In this document: positions 17,640 to 26,075 of the stretch, one piece after another | How positions within the stretch are numbered: position 1 is the stretch's first letter | Layout of the letters: each line of letters opens with the position of its first letter | Source of the DNA: Polyangiaceae bacterium | GTDB lineage: Bacteria; Myxococcota_A; Polyangia; Polyangiales; Polyangiaceae | Length of the DNA: 52,949 nt | Direction of reading: 5' to 3' | Assembly (NCBI GenBank): GCA_046351395.1 | Contig: JAXLYP010000017.1 | Span: forward strand, 193,508 to 246,456 | Translations under genes and position numbers: made by a program | The notes under the pieces: generated by a model | What the model was told of the DNA's origin: nothing | Database searches by the model: none | What the model saw: the letters and a program-made list of their open reading frames with translations, nothing else

Positions 17640-18190
17640 TCGGGTGAGGGGGTCGACGTCGAGGGCTTGGGCGGTTCGGGCGGGGGCGGCGGTGTGGGCT
17701 CTCGCAGCGAGGGCACCGCGGACGCGCTCGATCCTGGCGTGGGCTGCTCCTTCGTCCCCCCCTTGTCGATCGGCGGGCCCTTCTCCGTCCCGTTCGGATC
17801 CTGTTCGGAGGGCTCGAGGTGCTCCTTCGCGTCACGGACAAAGCCGCTCGTGGGGACGTATTTGTAGGTCGCCTTTTGTCCACAGCCGCTGACGCCGAAC
17901 GTCGTCGCGTCGAGCTCGGTGACGTCGAGCGCCGTGTTGCCGCAGGTGAGGTCGAACGCCGCGCGCTCGCGCAGCGAGACCCAGTCGTCCTTCACGGGGT
18001 CGTGGATGATGACGTCCTTCTTCCCGCAGCCCGTGACGATCCGGATCGGGCCGGCGTGGTTCGTCTCGATGTCGTCCTCCTCGCACTCGAGCGTGTGCCG
18101 AGCCTTCGGCATGATCGATGGCCAGAAGCACGCCCCGATCAGCGTCCCCGAGACCACGGAGAGTGTGACGGCAAGCCTCGATGCGCTCAT
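17636..18190 (-). CDS. Small lipoprotein with an internal Cys-containing repeat, translationally coupled to PAP2
   Basis: MSASRLAVTLSVVSGTLIGAC; repeats VTGCGKKDV and VSGCGQKATYKYV; Pro-rich tail. GGAG sits 3 nt upstream of the ATG. Confidence 0.6.
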   Translation of the reverse strand: MSASRLAVTLSVVSGTLIGACFWPSIMPKARHTLECEEDDIETNHAGPIRIVTGCGKKDVIIHDPVKDDWVSLRERAAFDLTCGNTALDVTELDATTFGVSGCGQKATYKYVPTSGFVRDAKEHLEPSEQDPNGTEKGPPIDKGGTKEQPTPGSSASAVPSLREPTPPPPPEPPKPSTSTPSPE

Positions 18191-18280
18191 GAGCTCCGGC
18201 CTCGTCCGAGGGACGTGAAGGTGCGCGGAGGGACCGCGCCGTGAACGAGCGCCCGTGGGGCGTTCATCTCGAAGAGCCAC

Positions 18281-18956
18281 TCACGAGCGCGATCCAAGGA
18301 CCGGACCATCGCCGAGGTCGTCCAAGTGGGAGGTGTCGGCGAGGCGCGTGGGGGTCCAGGCGAGCCCCGCGCTGTCGAGCCGGAATAGACTGGCCACGGG
18401 GCATGGAATGTCCTCCTCCGTGCCCGTGAGACCCTTCACGATCCCGAGGATGGCGACCGCGTGCGTCACGAGAAGGAGTGATCCGTCGTAGGTCGCGGCG
18501 AGGGCACGAGCGGTGAGGGCCGAGCGCGCGAACGCCTCCTCGATCGTCTCGAGCGATGGGGGCACCGAGCGGCGTGTGGCTCCGGTCCACCTCGACCCGC
18601 TCGAGGCGCGCTCGGAGCTCGTCCGCGGACAGCATGTCTCCTAGCCCCGGCCCCCAGTCGGGCCGCTGGAGCTCCGCGAGCCCCGGCTCGAGCGCCACGC
18701 CGCCTCCGATCACGCGCGCGACCTCGGCGGCGGTCTGGACGCAGCGGAGATAGGGGGACGACACGATCCGCGTGATGCCCGACGTCCCGAGGCGTGTCGC
18801 CACGGCTCGGGCCTCCTCGAGGCCGCGCGCGGACAATCCGGGATCGTGGGGCCGCGGGGCGGTGCGCCCCCACTCGAGGTCACTGAAATCGGCGCGGTCA
18901 CCGTGCCGAACCAGCCAAAGCGTTCGGGCGCGGACGGGCTCTGTGGCTGAGGTCAT
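18281..18956 (-). pseudogene. Histidine phosphatase (phosphoglycerate-mutase/SixA superfamily) with a frameshift in a G5/C5 homopolymer
   Basis: The N-terminal part, in the 18264..19064 frame, is MTSATEPVRARTLWLVRHGDRADF... (RHG motif) ...LSADELRARLERVEVDRSHTPLGAP. The C-terminal part, in the 18281..18565 frame, is PSLETIEEAFARSALTARALAATYDGSLLLVTHAVAILGIV. The two frames join if one base is removed from the run ggggg at ~18560-18564. Confidence 0.65.
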
Positions 18957-18996
18957 CGACGCTCCACGGGCACACAGCGTGCTTGGTTGGTATTCG

Positions 18997-19599
18997 ATGC
19001 ACGTCCTCCGCCATGCGGTGATGGGTGCGAGCATGGCGCTCGCCGGCTGCGCCTCGTCGCCCATGCCCGCGTGGCCCGTGTCGACCCCTGCGGAGCTCTG
19101 TCAGGACCCGACCCTCGGCCCCTCCGACTTCTGCATGCCCGCCGCGCGCATCGAGGTGTGGCTCCGCGAGGGCGACTTTCGGATCACGAACGTGGCGTTC
19201 TCGAGCTCGGGCGTGACGCGCCCCTACAAACTCAGGCTCGAGCTCGCGTCGGGGCTGACCATCAACGCGAAGTTCAAGCGCGCGCCGGACGATCTCGAGG
19301 CGTTCAACAACAGCCCGCGGCGCGAGCTCGCCGCCTATGAGATCCAGAAGCTGTTCTTGGACCCGGACGACTACGTCGTCCCTCCGACGGTGCTCGCCTG
19401 CATCCCGGCGCGCACCGAGCTGATGCCGGAGCTCGAGCCGCACCCGAGGGCGACGTGCGCGATCGGCGTACTCGCGTATTGGGTGGAGGGCCTCACGGAC
19501 CAGGGGGTCGTCGACCCCGCGCGGTGGGCGGCGGACGCGGGGTACCGCGACGTACCCGTTCACCCGTCGGACGGGATCAGCGTGGGGACTTCCAGTTGA
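18997..19599 (+). pseudogene. N-terminal part of a kinase-like lipoprotein gene interrupted by the IS66-family remnant
   Basis: MHVLRHAVMGASMALAGC (lipobox). ...FRITNVAFSSSGVTRPYKLRLELASGLTINAKFKRAP (beta1-3 with Lys), ELAAYEIQKLF (alphaC-like), CAIGVLAYWVEGL (hinge-like). The protein-like sequence ends in a short non-homologous tail before the stop at 19597-19599. Confidence 0.5.
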
Positions 19600-19669
19600 G
19601 CTGGGTCGCAAGCTGCAAGGAGGAAGCCGAGGATCGACCTTCGCTGGAGGCGAAGCGAATGGATCACGG

Positions 19670-21042
19670 TCATGACTCGCTGGGCGAACAGGCATCCTCG
19701 CTCGCTCTGGGAGCCGTAAGAGACCTTGCGCCAAAGCACGAACGGCGCAGCGCGCGCTCGGCATGATTATCAGGGATCCACTTCAGGCTCGAAGGCGAAC
19801 GTGAGGAGGGCGGCCTTGTGTTCGAGTATGTCGAGGCAGGAGCCGGAGACGCCGCGCAGGCGCAGCCCCGCGCCGCGTTCGAGGAGTCCCTCGAACGCCA
19901 TCTGCGCTGGTCGCCATCCTCTGGTACTTGGCGCGTGAGGGTGCCGTCCCGCACCTTGTGCCAGGCGGCAGCACAAGGTGAGAGAGCAGAGAAGGTCCTC
20001 CCCGAGTTGGCGTCCCGCGTCCTTGCGTTCGGAGAAGGCGACGAACTTCCTGATGAGGTGCGCCCAGCAGATCTGCCGCCGCCCTGATGGCCCAGAAGCC
20101 GAACTGCGAGCCTCGGTCCGTCACCAAGGATCCCGGAGAGGGCCCATGAGCGCGGCGATTGTCCGCGACAAGCATCGGCGGTGACGAAGAACACAGCGAC
20201 GGACCGCGTTGCGATCGTCCAGAGCGCGGCATACAGGCCGGCGACTCGCCAGGTGCTTCCGTCCACGTGCTTCACGGGGTGCGCGCGGACGTAGCAGGCC
20301 GCGGCATCCACCGGGGCAGCGATAGCGTCGTTGATCCGCTCCTCGGCCTCGCTGAGGGCGCCGAGCGAGACTGGGATGCCGAAGATCTCGGAGAGGTACT
20401 CCCGGCAACTGTCGCGCCACTGTCCGCGCGCCGAGGAACAGCCGATGAACGCGAGCAGCCGGGGACCGAACATGTGGCTCGGGACGCTGCCGGCAGACTC
20501 GCCCACGTCGTCTTCCCGCAGTCCTTGCAACAGGCCCCGCCCATGACGATCTCGTGAACGTCCGGCTTGATCCTTCGGGGATGTCGACGACCTGATGCAG
20601 GCGCGGGTCGATCCCCTCCGCCGCGAGATTCCGTCCGCCGCATCCTCGACATCTCTTCGGCGCCAGCTTCGTCCGACGGGTCACCTTCTCGGGCGGGAAC
20701 AGCACGCGGGTGTTCGGCTTGTGTCCGGGCTGGCCGCCGCGACTTCGACCGGTCGGCTTCTTCTCGGGTCGAGTCCCAGGTAGATCGGTCGACGGAGGCT
20801 TGCCCGACTCCTCGAGTTCTGCCCCAGCTGCTGCTCGAGGTCGGCGACTCGCACCTTGAGCTGCGCGATCTCCGCGTCCTGCCCGCGATGATCGGTGTCG
20901 CGCTCCGCGACCATGGCAAGCAGCGCCGCGACCTGGGCTTCCAACTTCGCCAGACGCTTGCCGACCGAGGTCACCGACCCACTCGATCATGCGGCGATCC
21001 TCGTGTCGATCCCCGATCGCGTATGATCACATATGATCATGT
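19670..21042 (-). mobile_element. IS66-family transposase (TnpC) remnant with multiple frameshifts; possible imperfect terminal repeats at both ends
   Basis: Fragments in three minus-strand frames, in TnpC order: leucine zipper (LAKLEAQVAALLAMVAERD...LEQQLGQNSRSR, 20974..20681); zinc-finger region (RGGQPGHKPNTRVLFPPEKVTRRTKLAPKRCRGCGG...HQVVDIPE); DDE-core pieces (HVDGSTWRVAGLYAALW..., then LVTDRGSQFGF). AT-rich near-palindromic ends: catgattatcag (~19762) and tgatcacatatgatcatg (~21024-21042). Confidence 0.7.
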
Positions 21043-21549
21043 ATGGCTGCTCGACCCGGTGAACGGGTACACCGCGACAACCTCGGGAACTTGAACGTGC
21101 TGACGGCGCTCATCGGTCACCAAGACGACATTGGAGTGAACTTCTACCGGTCGAAGGACGCGGCGCGCCCGCGGCTATTGTCTGTCGACAATGGGCTCGC
21201 GTTCGGCGCGATGGGAGACAATCCCATTCGGTTCTTCAGCAGCGCATGGAGCGACGTGCGAGTCCCGCTCCTGCCTTCGAAGACGGTGGACAGGCTCGGC
21301 TCGGTCGACCGGGCGCGCCTCGAGCCCCTCGGCGTGGTCGCGCAGATGCGCCTCGAGGGCGGCGCGTTCCATCCCATCCCACGGACGCCGACGCTCGATC
21401 CGAACCAGGCCGTGCGCTGGAACGGGGACGACGTCCAGCTCGGGCTCACCGCCGAGGAGATCACGGACGTCGATGTCCGGCTGGCACGGCTCCTCGGCGC
21501 GATCGACTCCGAGGAGGTCCAGCGCGGTCGTCCCCGCGAATCGAAGTGA
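21043..21549 (+). pseudogene. C-terminal part of the interrupted kinase-like lipoprotein gene
   Basis: ...VHRDNLGNLNVLTALIGHQDDIGVNFYRSKDAARPRLLSVDNGLAFGA... has an HxDxxxxN catalytic-loop-like motif and a DNG (DFG-position) motif. There is an in-frame stop just upstream (21034), consistent with truncation. Confidence 0.5.
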
Positions 21550-21719
21550 TCGCTCGCTTCGAGGGGAGATCGCTGCCGACGATCGACGTCGCCGAGGAGG
21601 GCGGTGCGCTCGCCACCTCGGCGTGGGTCGAAAGTGCCTCGACTTGGCACCCAAATGCCACATCGAGCCGCCCTGCGAGCCCTCCTCGGGCTGGTGCGCG
21701 AATCGCATGAGCACCAAGG

Positions 21720-23159
21720 ATGAGCAACGCGCCGCGACGATCGTCGAGTCCACCCGATCCCAAAGAGGTCGCCCGGCGCTCCCTCGTCGAACGAGCGCTC
21801 GGGGTGATCACCGAGGTGAGGGCAGGCGAGGGGGGGACCGCACTCCTCATGACGCTCAATGTCTTTCTGCTGCTCACCGCATACTATCTCATCAAGCCGG
21901 TCCGTGAGGGCCTCATCGGGAGCGTGAAGCACGGCCCCGAGTACAAGAGCTACATGGGGGGCGCGGTCGCGCTCGCGCTCTTCGCCATCGTCCCGCTCTA
22001 CGGGATGCTCGCCGCGAGGCTGAAGCGGAACGTGCTCATCTCGAGCGTCTCGCTCTTCTTCGTCGCGAACCTCGTCGGCTTCTGGATGCTCGGCCGCCTC
22101 CCCTGGGTCGCGACCGAGACGGGGGCGACGGTCTATGCGCTCGCGTTCCTCCTCTGGGTGGGCGTGTTCAACCTCATGATCGTCGCGCAGTTCTGGGCGT
22201 TCGCCGCCGACGTGTACACCGACGAGCAGGGGAAGCGGTTGTTCGCGCTCATCGGTCTGGGCGCGTCCGTCGGCGCGGTGATGGGGAGCCTGGTCATGAA
22301 CCGCGTCGTGACCGAGCTCGGCACGGAGCACATGATGCTCGTCGCCGCCGTGACGCTCGCGCTCGCGACGGCGGTGACGCTGCTCATCCATCGGCGCGAG
22401 TCCCGGCGGCCGCGGGCGCCGGACCCGGAGAAGGAGCGGAAACAGCGCGAGGAGAAGGAGGCGAAGCAGAGCAGTCAGGGCGCGTTCTCGCTCGTGCTCC
22501 ACGACCGGTATTTGCTGCTCATCGCGGCGTTCACCGTGCTCTTCCAGATCGTGAACACCAATGGCGAGTTCATCCTCTCGAGCCTCGTGGCGGACGCGTC
22601 GCGCGCCGTGACCGAGACGCGAGAGGAGCAGAAGGCGTGGATCGCCTCGTACTACGGGAGCTTCTTTCTCTGGGTGAACATCGCGGGCGTGGCGATCCAG
22701 ACGTTCCTCGTCTCGCGGATCGTGAAGTGGGGCGGGCTCAAGGTCGGCCTCCTCATCTTCCCCGTCGTCGCGCTCATCAGCGAGGCGGCCATCGCGGTCG
22801 TCCCGGTGCTCCTCCTCGTTCGGATCGGCAAGACGGCGGAGAACTCGCTCGACTATTCGCTCAACAACACGCTCCGCAACGCCCTCTGGCTCCCCACGAC
22901 GACGCGCGCGAAGTACGTCGCGAAGCAGGCGATCGACAGCTTCGTGTCGCGCGTGGGCGACATGGGGTCGGCGCTCGCGATCTTCATCCTCATCGACGCG
23001 CTCCACTTGACCGTGCGAGCGGTCGCGACGCTCAACGCGTGCCTCGTCCTCGCTTGGATCTACGTGTCGATCGAGATCGTCCGCGAGAACGGCAAGCTCA
23101 CCGAGGACGCGAAGGGCAAAGCGCTTTCACGGCTGGAGGCGGCGGGGGCGAGCGCGTGA
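21720..23159 (+). CDS. TLC/NTT-family (Npt1/Npt2-like) nucleotide-transporter-like membrane protein
   Basis: N-terminal signature ...GVITEVRAGEGGTALLMTLNVFLLLTAYYLIKPVREGLIG.... About 12 predicted TM helices and a charged central loop (RRESRRPRAPDPEKERKQREEKEAKQ). The stop overlaps the GTG of the next gene (GTGA). Confidence 0.9.
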   Translation: MSNAPRRSSSPPDPKEVARRSLVERALGVITEVRAGEGGTALLMTLNVFLLLTAYYLIKPVREGLIGSVKHGPEYKSYMGGAVALALFAIVPLYGMLAARLKRNVLISSVSLFFVANLVGFWMLGRLPWVATETGATVYALAFLLWVGVFNLMIVAQFWAFAADVYTDEQGKRLFALIGLGASVGAVMGSLVMNRVVTELGTEHMMLVAAVTLALATAVTLLIHRRESRRPRAPDPEKERKQREEKEAKQSSQGAFSLVLHDRYLLLIAAFTVLFQIVNTNGEFILSSLVADASRAVTETREEQKAWIASYYGSFFLWVNIAGVAIQTFLVSRIVKWGGLKVGLLIFPVVALISEAAIAVVPVLLLVRIGKTAENSLDYSLNNTLRNALWLPTTTRAKYVAKQAIDSFVSRVGDMGSALAIFILIDALHLTVRAVATLNACLVLAWIYVSIEIVRENGKLTEDAKGKALSRLEAAGASA

Positions 23160-24616
23160 GGACACCGGGGGCGAGCCTCACCCTCGTCCTCGTGTGCGCG
23201 CTCGCGGGCAGGTCCGCGACGGCGCGCGCGGACGGCGCGAGCCCCCCCGCGCCGCCGCCGCACCCGTCGACGCTCCCAGAGGACGCGCGCCGCGCCCCGG
23301 GGGAGAAGCGCCCGCTGCAAGAGTACGAGGGGCGCCCGCGCGAGACCACGACCGCGGAGGACGCCCTCTGGGTCCCACGCGTCCTCCTGTTCCCCGCGTA
23401 CCTCGTCTCGGAGTTCGTGGTTCGGAGGCCGCTCGGCGCGATCGACACCGCGCTCGAGACGGGCTCGACGGGCGGCCGGCTCATCGACGTGTTCACGTTC
23501 GGACCGCGCCACAACGCCGGTTTGGTCCCGACCGCGTTCTACGACTTCGGGTTCCGTCCGAGCGCGGGGCTCTACCTCTTCTACGACGACTTCCTCGCGA
23601 CAGACAATCAGCTCCGCGCGGCGTTCGCGACCGGCGGAGAGCGGTATTTCAGGGCGCGGGTGGTGGACCGAATCCCCCTTCACGTCGTCCGGGGCGAGGA
23701 CGGCGAGCACGAGGTCAGGGCGAACCTCCAGCTCGAGCTCGCTGGGCTCGCGCGGCCCGACCATCGGTTCTACGGCCTCGGCTTCGGATCGAAGAGCGCG
23801 CACGGATCGGAGTTCGAACAGAGATCGGTCGGGGGAGGAGTCCGCTTCCGCGCGGAGCCCTGGAGGTGGTCCTTCCTCGAGTCTTGGGTGCTCTATCGGC
23901 ACCACGACTTCTCGGATGGGGGGTGCGACGCACGCCCGTCGGACTGTGATCACCCGCCGATCTCATGGGCCATCGAGAGGGGCTGGTACGCGGCGCCAGT
24001 GGGCTTCGACGGATACCAGACAATCAAAGTCGGCGCGCGAGCGGTGGTGGACACGCGCCCGGATCGACCCGCGCCGGGATCGGGCGCGGGCTCGGAGATC
24101 CGCTTGGAGCTGACGAACGACACGCGCGGCGGGGAGTGGGCGGAGGGGGGCGCCACCGTGGGCGGCTTCCTCGATCTCACCGGGACGCGGAGGGTCCTCG
24201 AGCTGACGCTCGACGTGCGCGCCCTCGAGCCGCTCTCGTCGGGAACGGCGATCCCGTTCACCGAGCTCGTCGGCGCGGCCCGCATGGATGGAATCCTCGA
24301 GGACGGCGTGCTGCGCGGGTTCATCGCGGGTCGCCTGCTCGGAGAGAGCTCCGTGGTGGCCTCGCTCGGGTATTCGTGGCCCATCTGGGCCTGGGTCGAC
24401 GCCACTCTGCAAGCCCAAGTCGGCAACGTGTTCGCGCACCGGCTCGCCGATTTCGCGCCGGAGCGGCTGCGGTTCTCGTTCGTCGGCGGCTTTCGATCAC
24501 CGAATCACCGGGACCACGCGCTCAACGTGCTGCTGGGGTTCGGGACCGAGCCGTTCGCCGACGGCGGCTCGCCGGAGAGCCTGCGGTTCCTCATCGGGGG
24601 CACGACCGGGTTCTAA
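23156..24616 (+). CDS. Secreted beta-barrel-like outer-membrane protein, paralogue of 10517..11965
   Basis: GTG start. Signal peptide MRTPGASLTLVLVCALAGRSATARA. C-terminus ...ESLRFLIGGTTGF*. Confidence 0.8.
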   Translation: MRTPGASLTLVLVCALAGRSATARADGASPPAPPPHPSTLPEDARRAPGEKRPLQEYEGRPRETTTAEDALWVPRVLLFPAYLVSEFVVRRPLGAIDTALETGSTGGRLIDVFTFGPRHNAGLVPTAFYDFGFRPSAGLYLFYDDFLATDNQLRAAFATGGERYFRARVVDRIPLHVVRGEDGEHEVRANLQLELAGLARPDHRFYGLGFGSKSAHGSEFEQRSVGGGVRFRAEPWRWSFLESWVLYRHHDFSDGGCDARPSDCDHPPISWAIERGWYAAPVGFDGYQTIKVGARAVVDTRPDRPAPGSGAGSEIRLELTNDTRGGEWAEGGATVGGFLDLTGTRRVLELTLDVRALEPLSSGTAIPFTELVGAARMDGILEDGVLRGFIAGRLLGESSVVASLGYSWPIWAWVDATLQAQVGNVFAHRLADFAPERLRFSFVGGFRSPNHRDHALNVLLGFGTEPFADGGSPESLRFLIGGTTGF

Positions 24617-24653
24617 CGACGAGGGCGCCGGGGTACTCTCCGCGGTCACGCCG

Positions 24654-26060
24654 ATGACCGAAGCGCTACCCGACGACGCCGAGATCTTGGGAACGCTCGA
24701 TGAACTCATCGAGCGCCTTTCGAAGAGCAAGCGCGGCGCTGATCTCCGGAACGCGCTGCACGACGCGAAGCGCTTGAGGAGCGCGACGCTCAAGTGGGGC
24801 ATCATCCCGCCTCCGCCCGATGCGCGGCGCGAGCTGCTCGACCGCGTCGCGCAGCTCCTCGCGCTCGCGGCGGGTGCCCAGGCGGACGGGGACGACGGTG
24901 AGCGTCCGCCGGAGTCGGCGCGGTCGCGGTCTTCGAGGAAGGCGCGCGGCGCGGCCCTCGAGGAGAAGCCCGCGCGTGGCGCAGCGTCGCTCGGTTCGCG
25001 CATCCACGACGAGGCGACGAAGCCCGAGGGGCGGTTTCCGAGCATCCACGACGAGGAGACCGCGCCCCTCCCGAGCAGGCCGCCCACCGCGGCGGAGCGC
25101 CGACGAGGCAAGGCGCGCGCGGAGGGCGCGTATGCGAAGTCGGTGCACGACGAGGACACCGCGCCCGGGCCCGAGGTTCGTGCGGCGCAAGCGGTGGAGG
25201 CGCGCGTGATTCGCCGGCCCGAGATCGCCGACGAGGAGACGGTCCGCGAGGGCTATCGCAAGGCCGCTCCACCGAAGTCGTCTCCCACACCGGTGGCCGC
25301 GCCGCCGTCGAAGGCGCCGTCCGCGCCTCCGCCGAAGGCGCCCTCCCCGACGCCACCGAAGGTGCCGTCTGCGCCTCCGCCGAAGGCGCCCTCCGCACCG
25401 CCGCCGAAGTCGCCGTCCGCGCCCCCTGCACCGCACCCCAAGCTCCAGCGGACGCAGAGCGGCGCGGTCGCGCTCGCGCCGCTCCAGGACCTCGACCTCA
25501 GCGACCTCGAGCTCTTCGCGGCGCCGCCGAGCAAGAGCTCGCTCTCGGCGAGCCCGCAGCTACCGCCGATCGTCATGCCCGCATTGTCCGACGGGGGCGC
25601 CGCGCCCAAGTCGAAGATCGAGGGGTTCAGCACGTCGGTCTCCACGCCCAAGATGGCCGCGGTGCGGCCGCCCCCGTCCAAGCCGACCGAGCCGCTGCCC
25701 GCCGTGAAGGAGGCTTCGGGCGTCACCATCGTGCGCGGGAATGCGTCGGCGTGGCGGCCGCTCCCCGCCGCTCCCGCGGTGCTCGTGCGCACCGTCCAGT
25801 CGACGGCGACGGGCGTGATCGCGCTCGTCAAGCTGCCCGTCTCGGCGCGTGTCCCCTCGAAGCGAGTGGACGGCGAGGTGCAGCTCTTCGTGTTGATTGG
25901 AGGCATCACGCTCGGTCCGCACGAGCTCGCCGCGGGCGACGCGTGTCGCCTCGAGAAGGGCTCGACGCGACAAGCGATCACGACGACGGGCCCCGCGACG
26001 ATCCTCTACGTGGGCCCGAGCCTCGGCGGCGACACGACCGATCCACAGGCCGACGTCTGA
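24654..26060 (+). CDS. Three-part protein: N-terminal helical domain, Pro/Ala/Ser/Lys-rich disordered repeat linker, C-terminal ~140-aa globular domain
   Basis: MTEALPDDAEILGTLDELIERLSK.... Three [RS][IV]HDE[AED]T[KA]P repeats (RIHDEATKPEG / SIHDEETAPLPS / SVHDEDTAPGP), five APPPKAPS-type repeats, then GVTIVRGNASAWRPL...FVLIGGITLGPHELAAGDACRLEKG. Confidence 0.65.
   Translation: MTEALPDDAEILGTLDELIERLSKSKRGADLRNALHDAKRLRSATLKWGIIPPPPDARRELLDRVAQLLALAAGAQADGDDGERPPESARSRSSRKARGAALEEKPARGAASLGSRIHDEATKPEGRFPSIHDEETAPLPSRPPTAAERRRGKARAEGAYAKSVHDEDTAPGPEVRAAQAVEARVIRRPEIADEETVREGYRKAAPPKSSPTPVAAPPSKAPSAPPPKAPSPTPPKVPSAPPPKAPSAPPPKSPSAPPAPHPKLQRTQSGAVALAPLQDLDLSDLELFAAPPSKSSLSASPQLPPIVMPALSDGGAAPKSKIEGFSTSVSTPKMAAVRPPPSKPTEPLPAVKEASGVTIVRGNASAWRPLPAAPAVLVRTVQSTATGVIALVKLPVSARVPSKRVDGEVQLFVLIGGITLGPHELAAGDACRLEKGSTRQAITTTGPATILYVGPSLGGDTTDPQADV
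25300..25435. repeat. Tandem ~24-nt coding repeats (ccgccgaaggcgccctccgcgcct-like) encoding (A/S)PPPK(A/V/S)PS x5
   Basis: Periodicity visible directly in the sequence. Confidence 0.8.
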
Positions 26061-26075
26061 GCGCGGAGGGAACGG

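Noticed and set aside
19783-20232. Separate IS3/IS481-type integrase (motif DRGSQF)
   Set aside because: In context it aligns with the IS66 DDE segment (VLVSDGYAGY-like) and continues the same degraded TnpC; no independent second element is supported.
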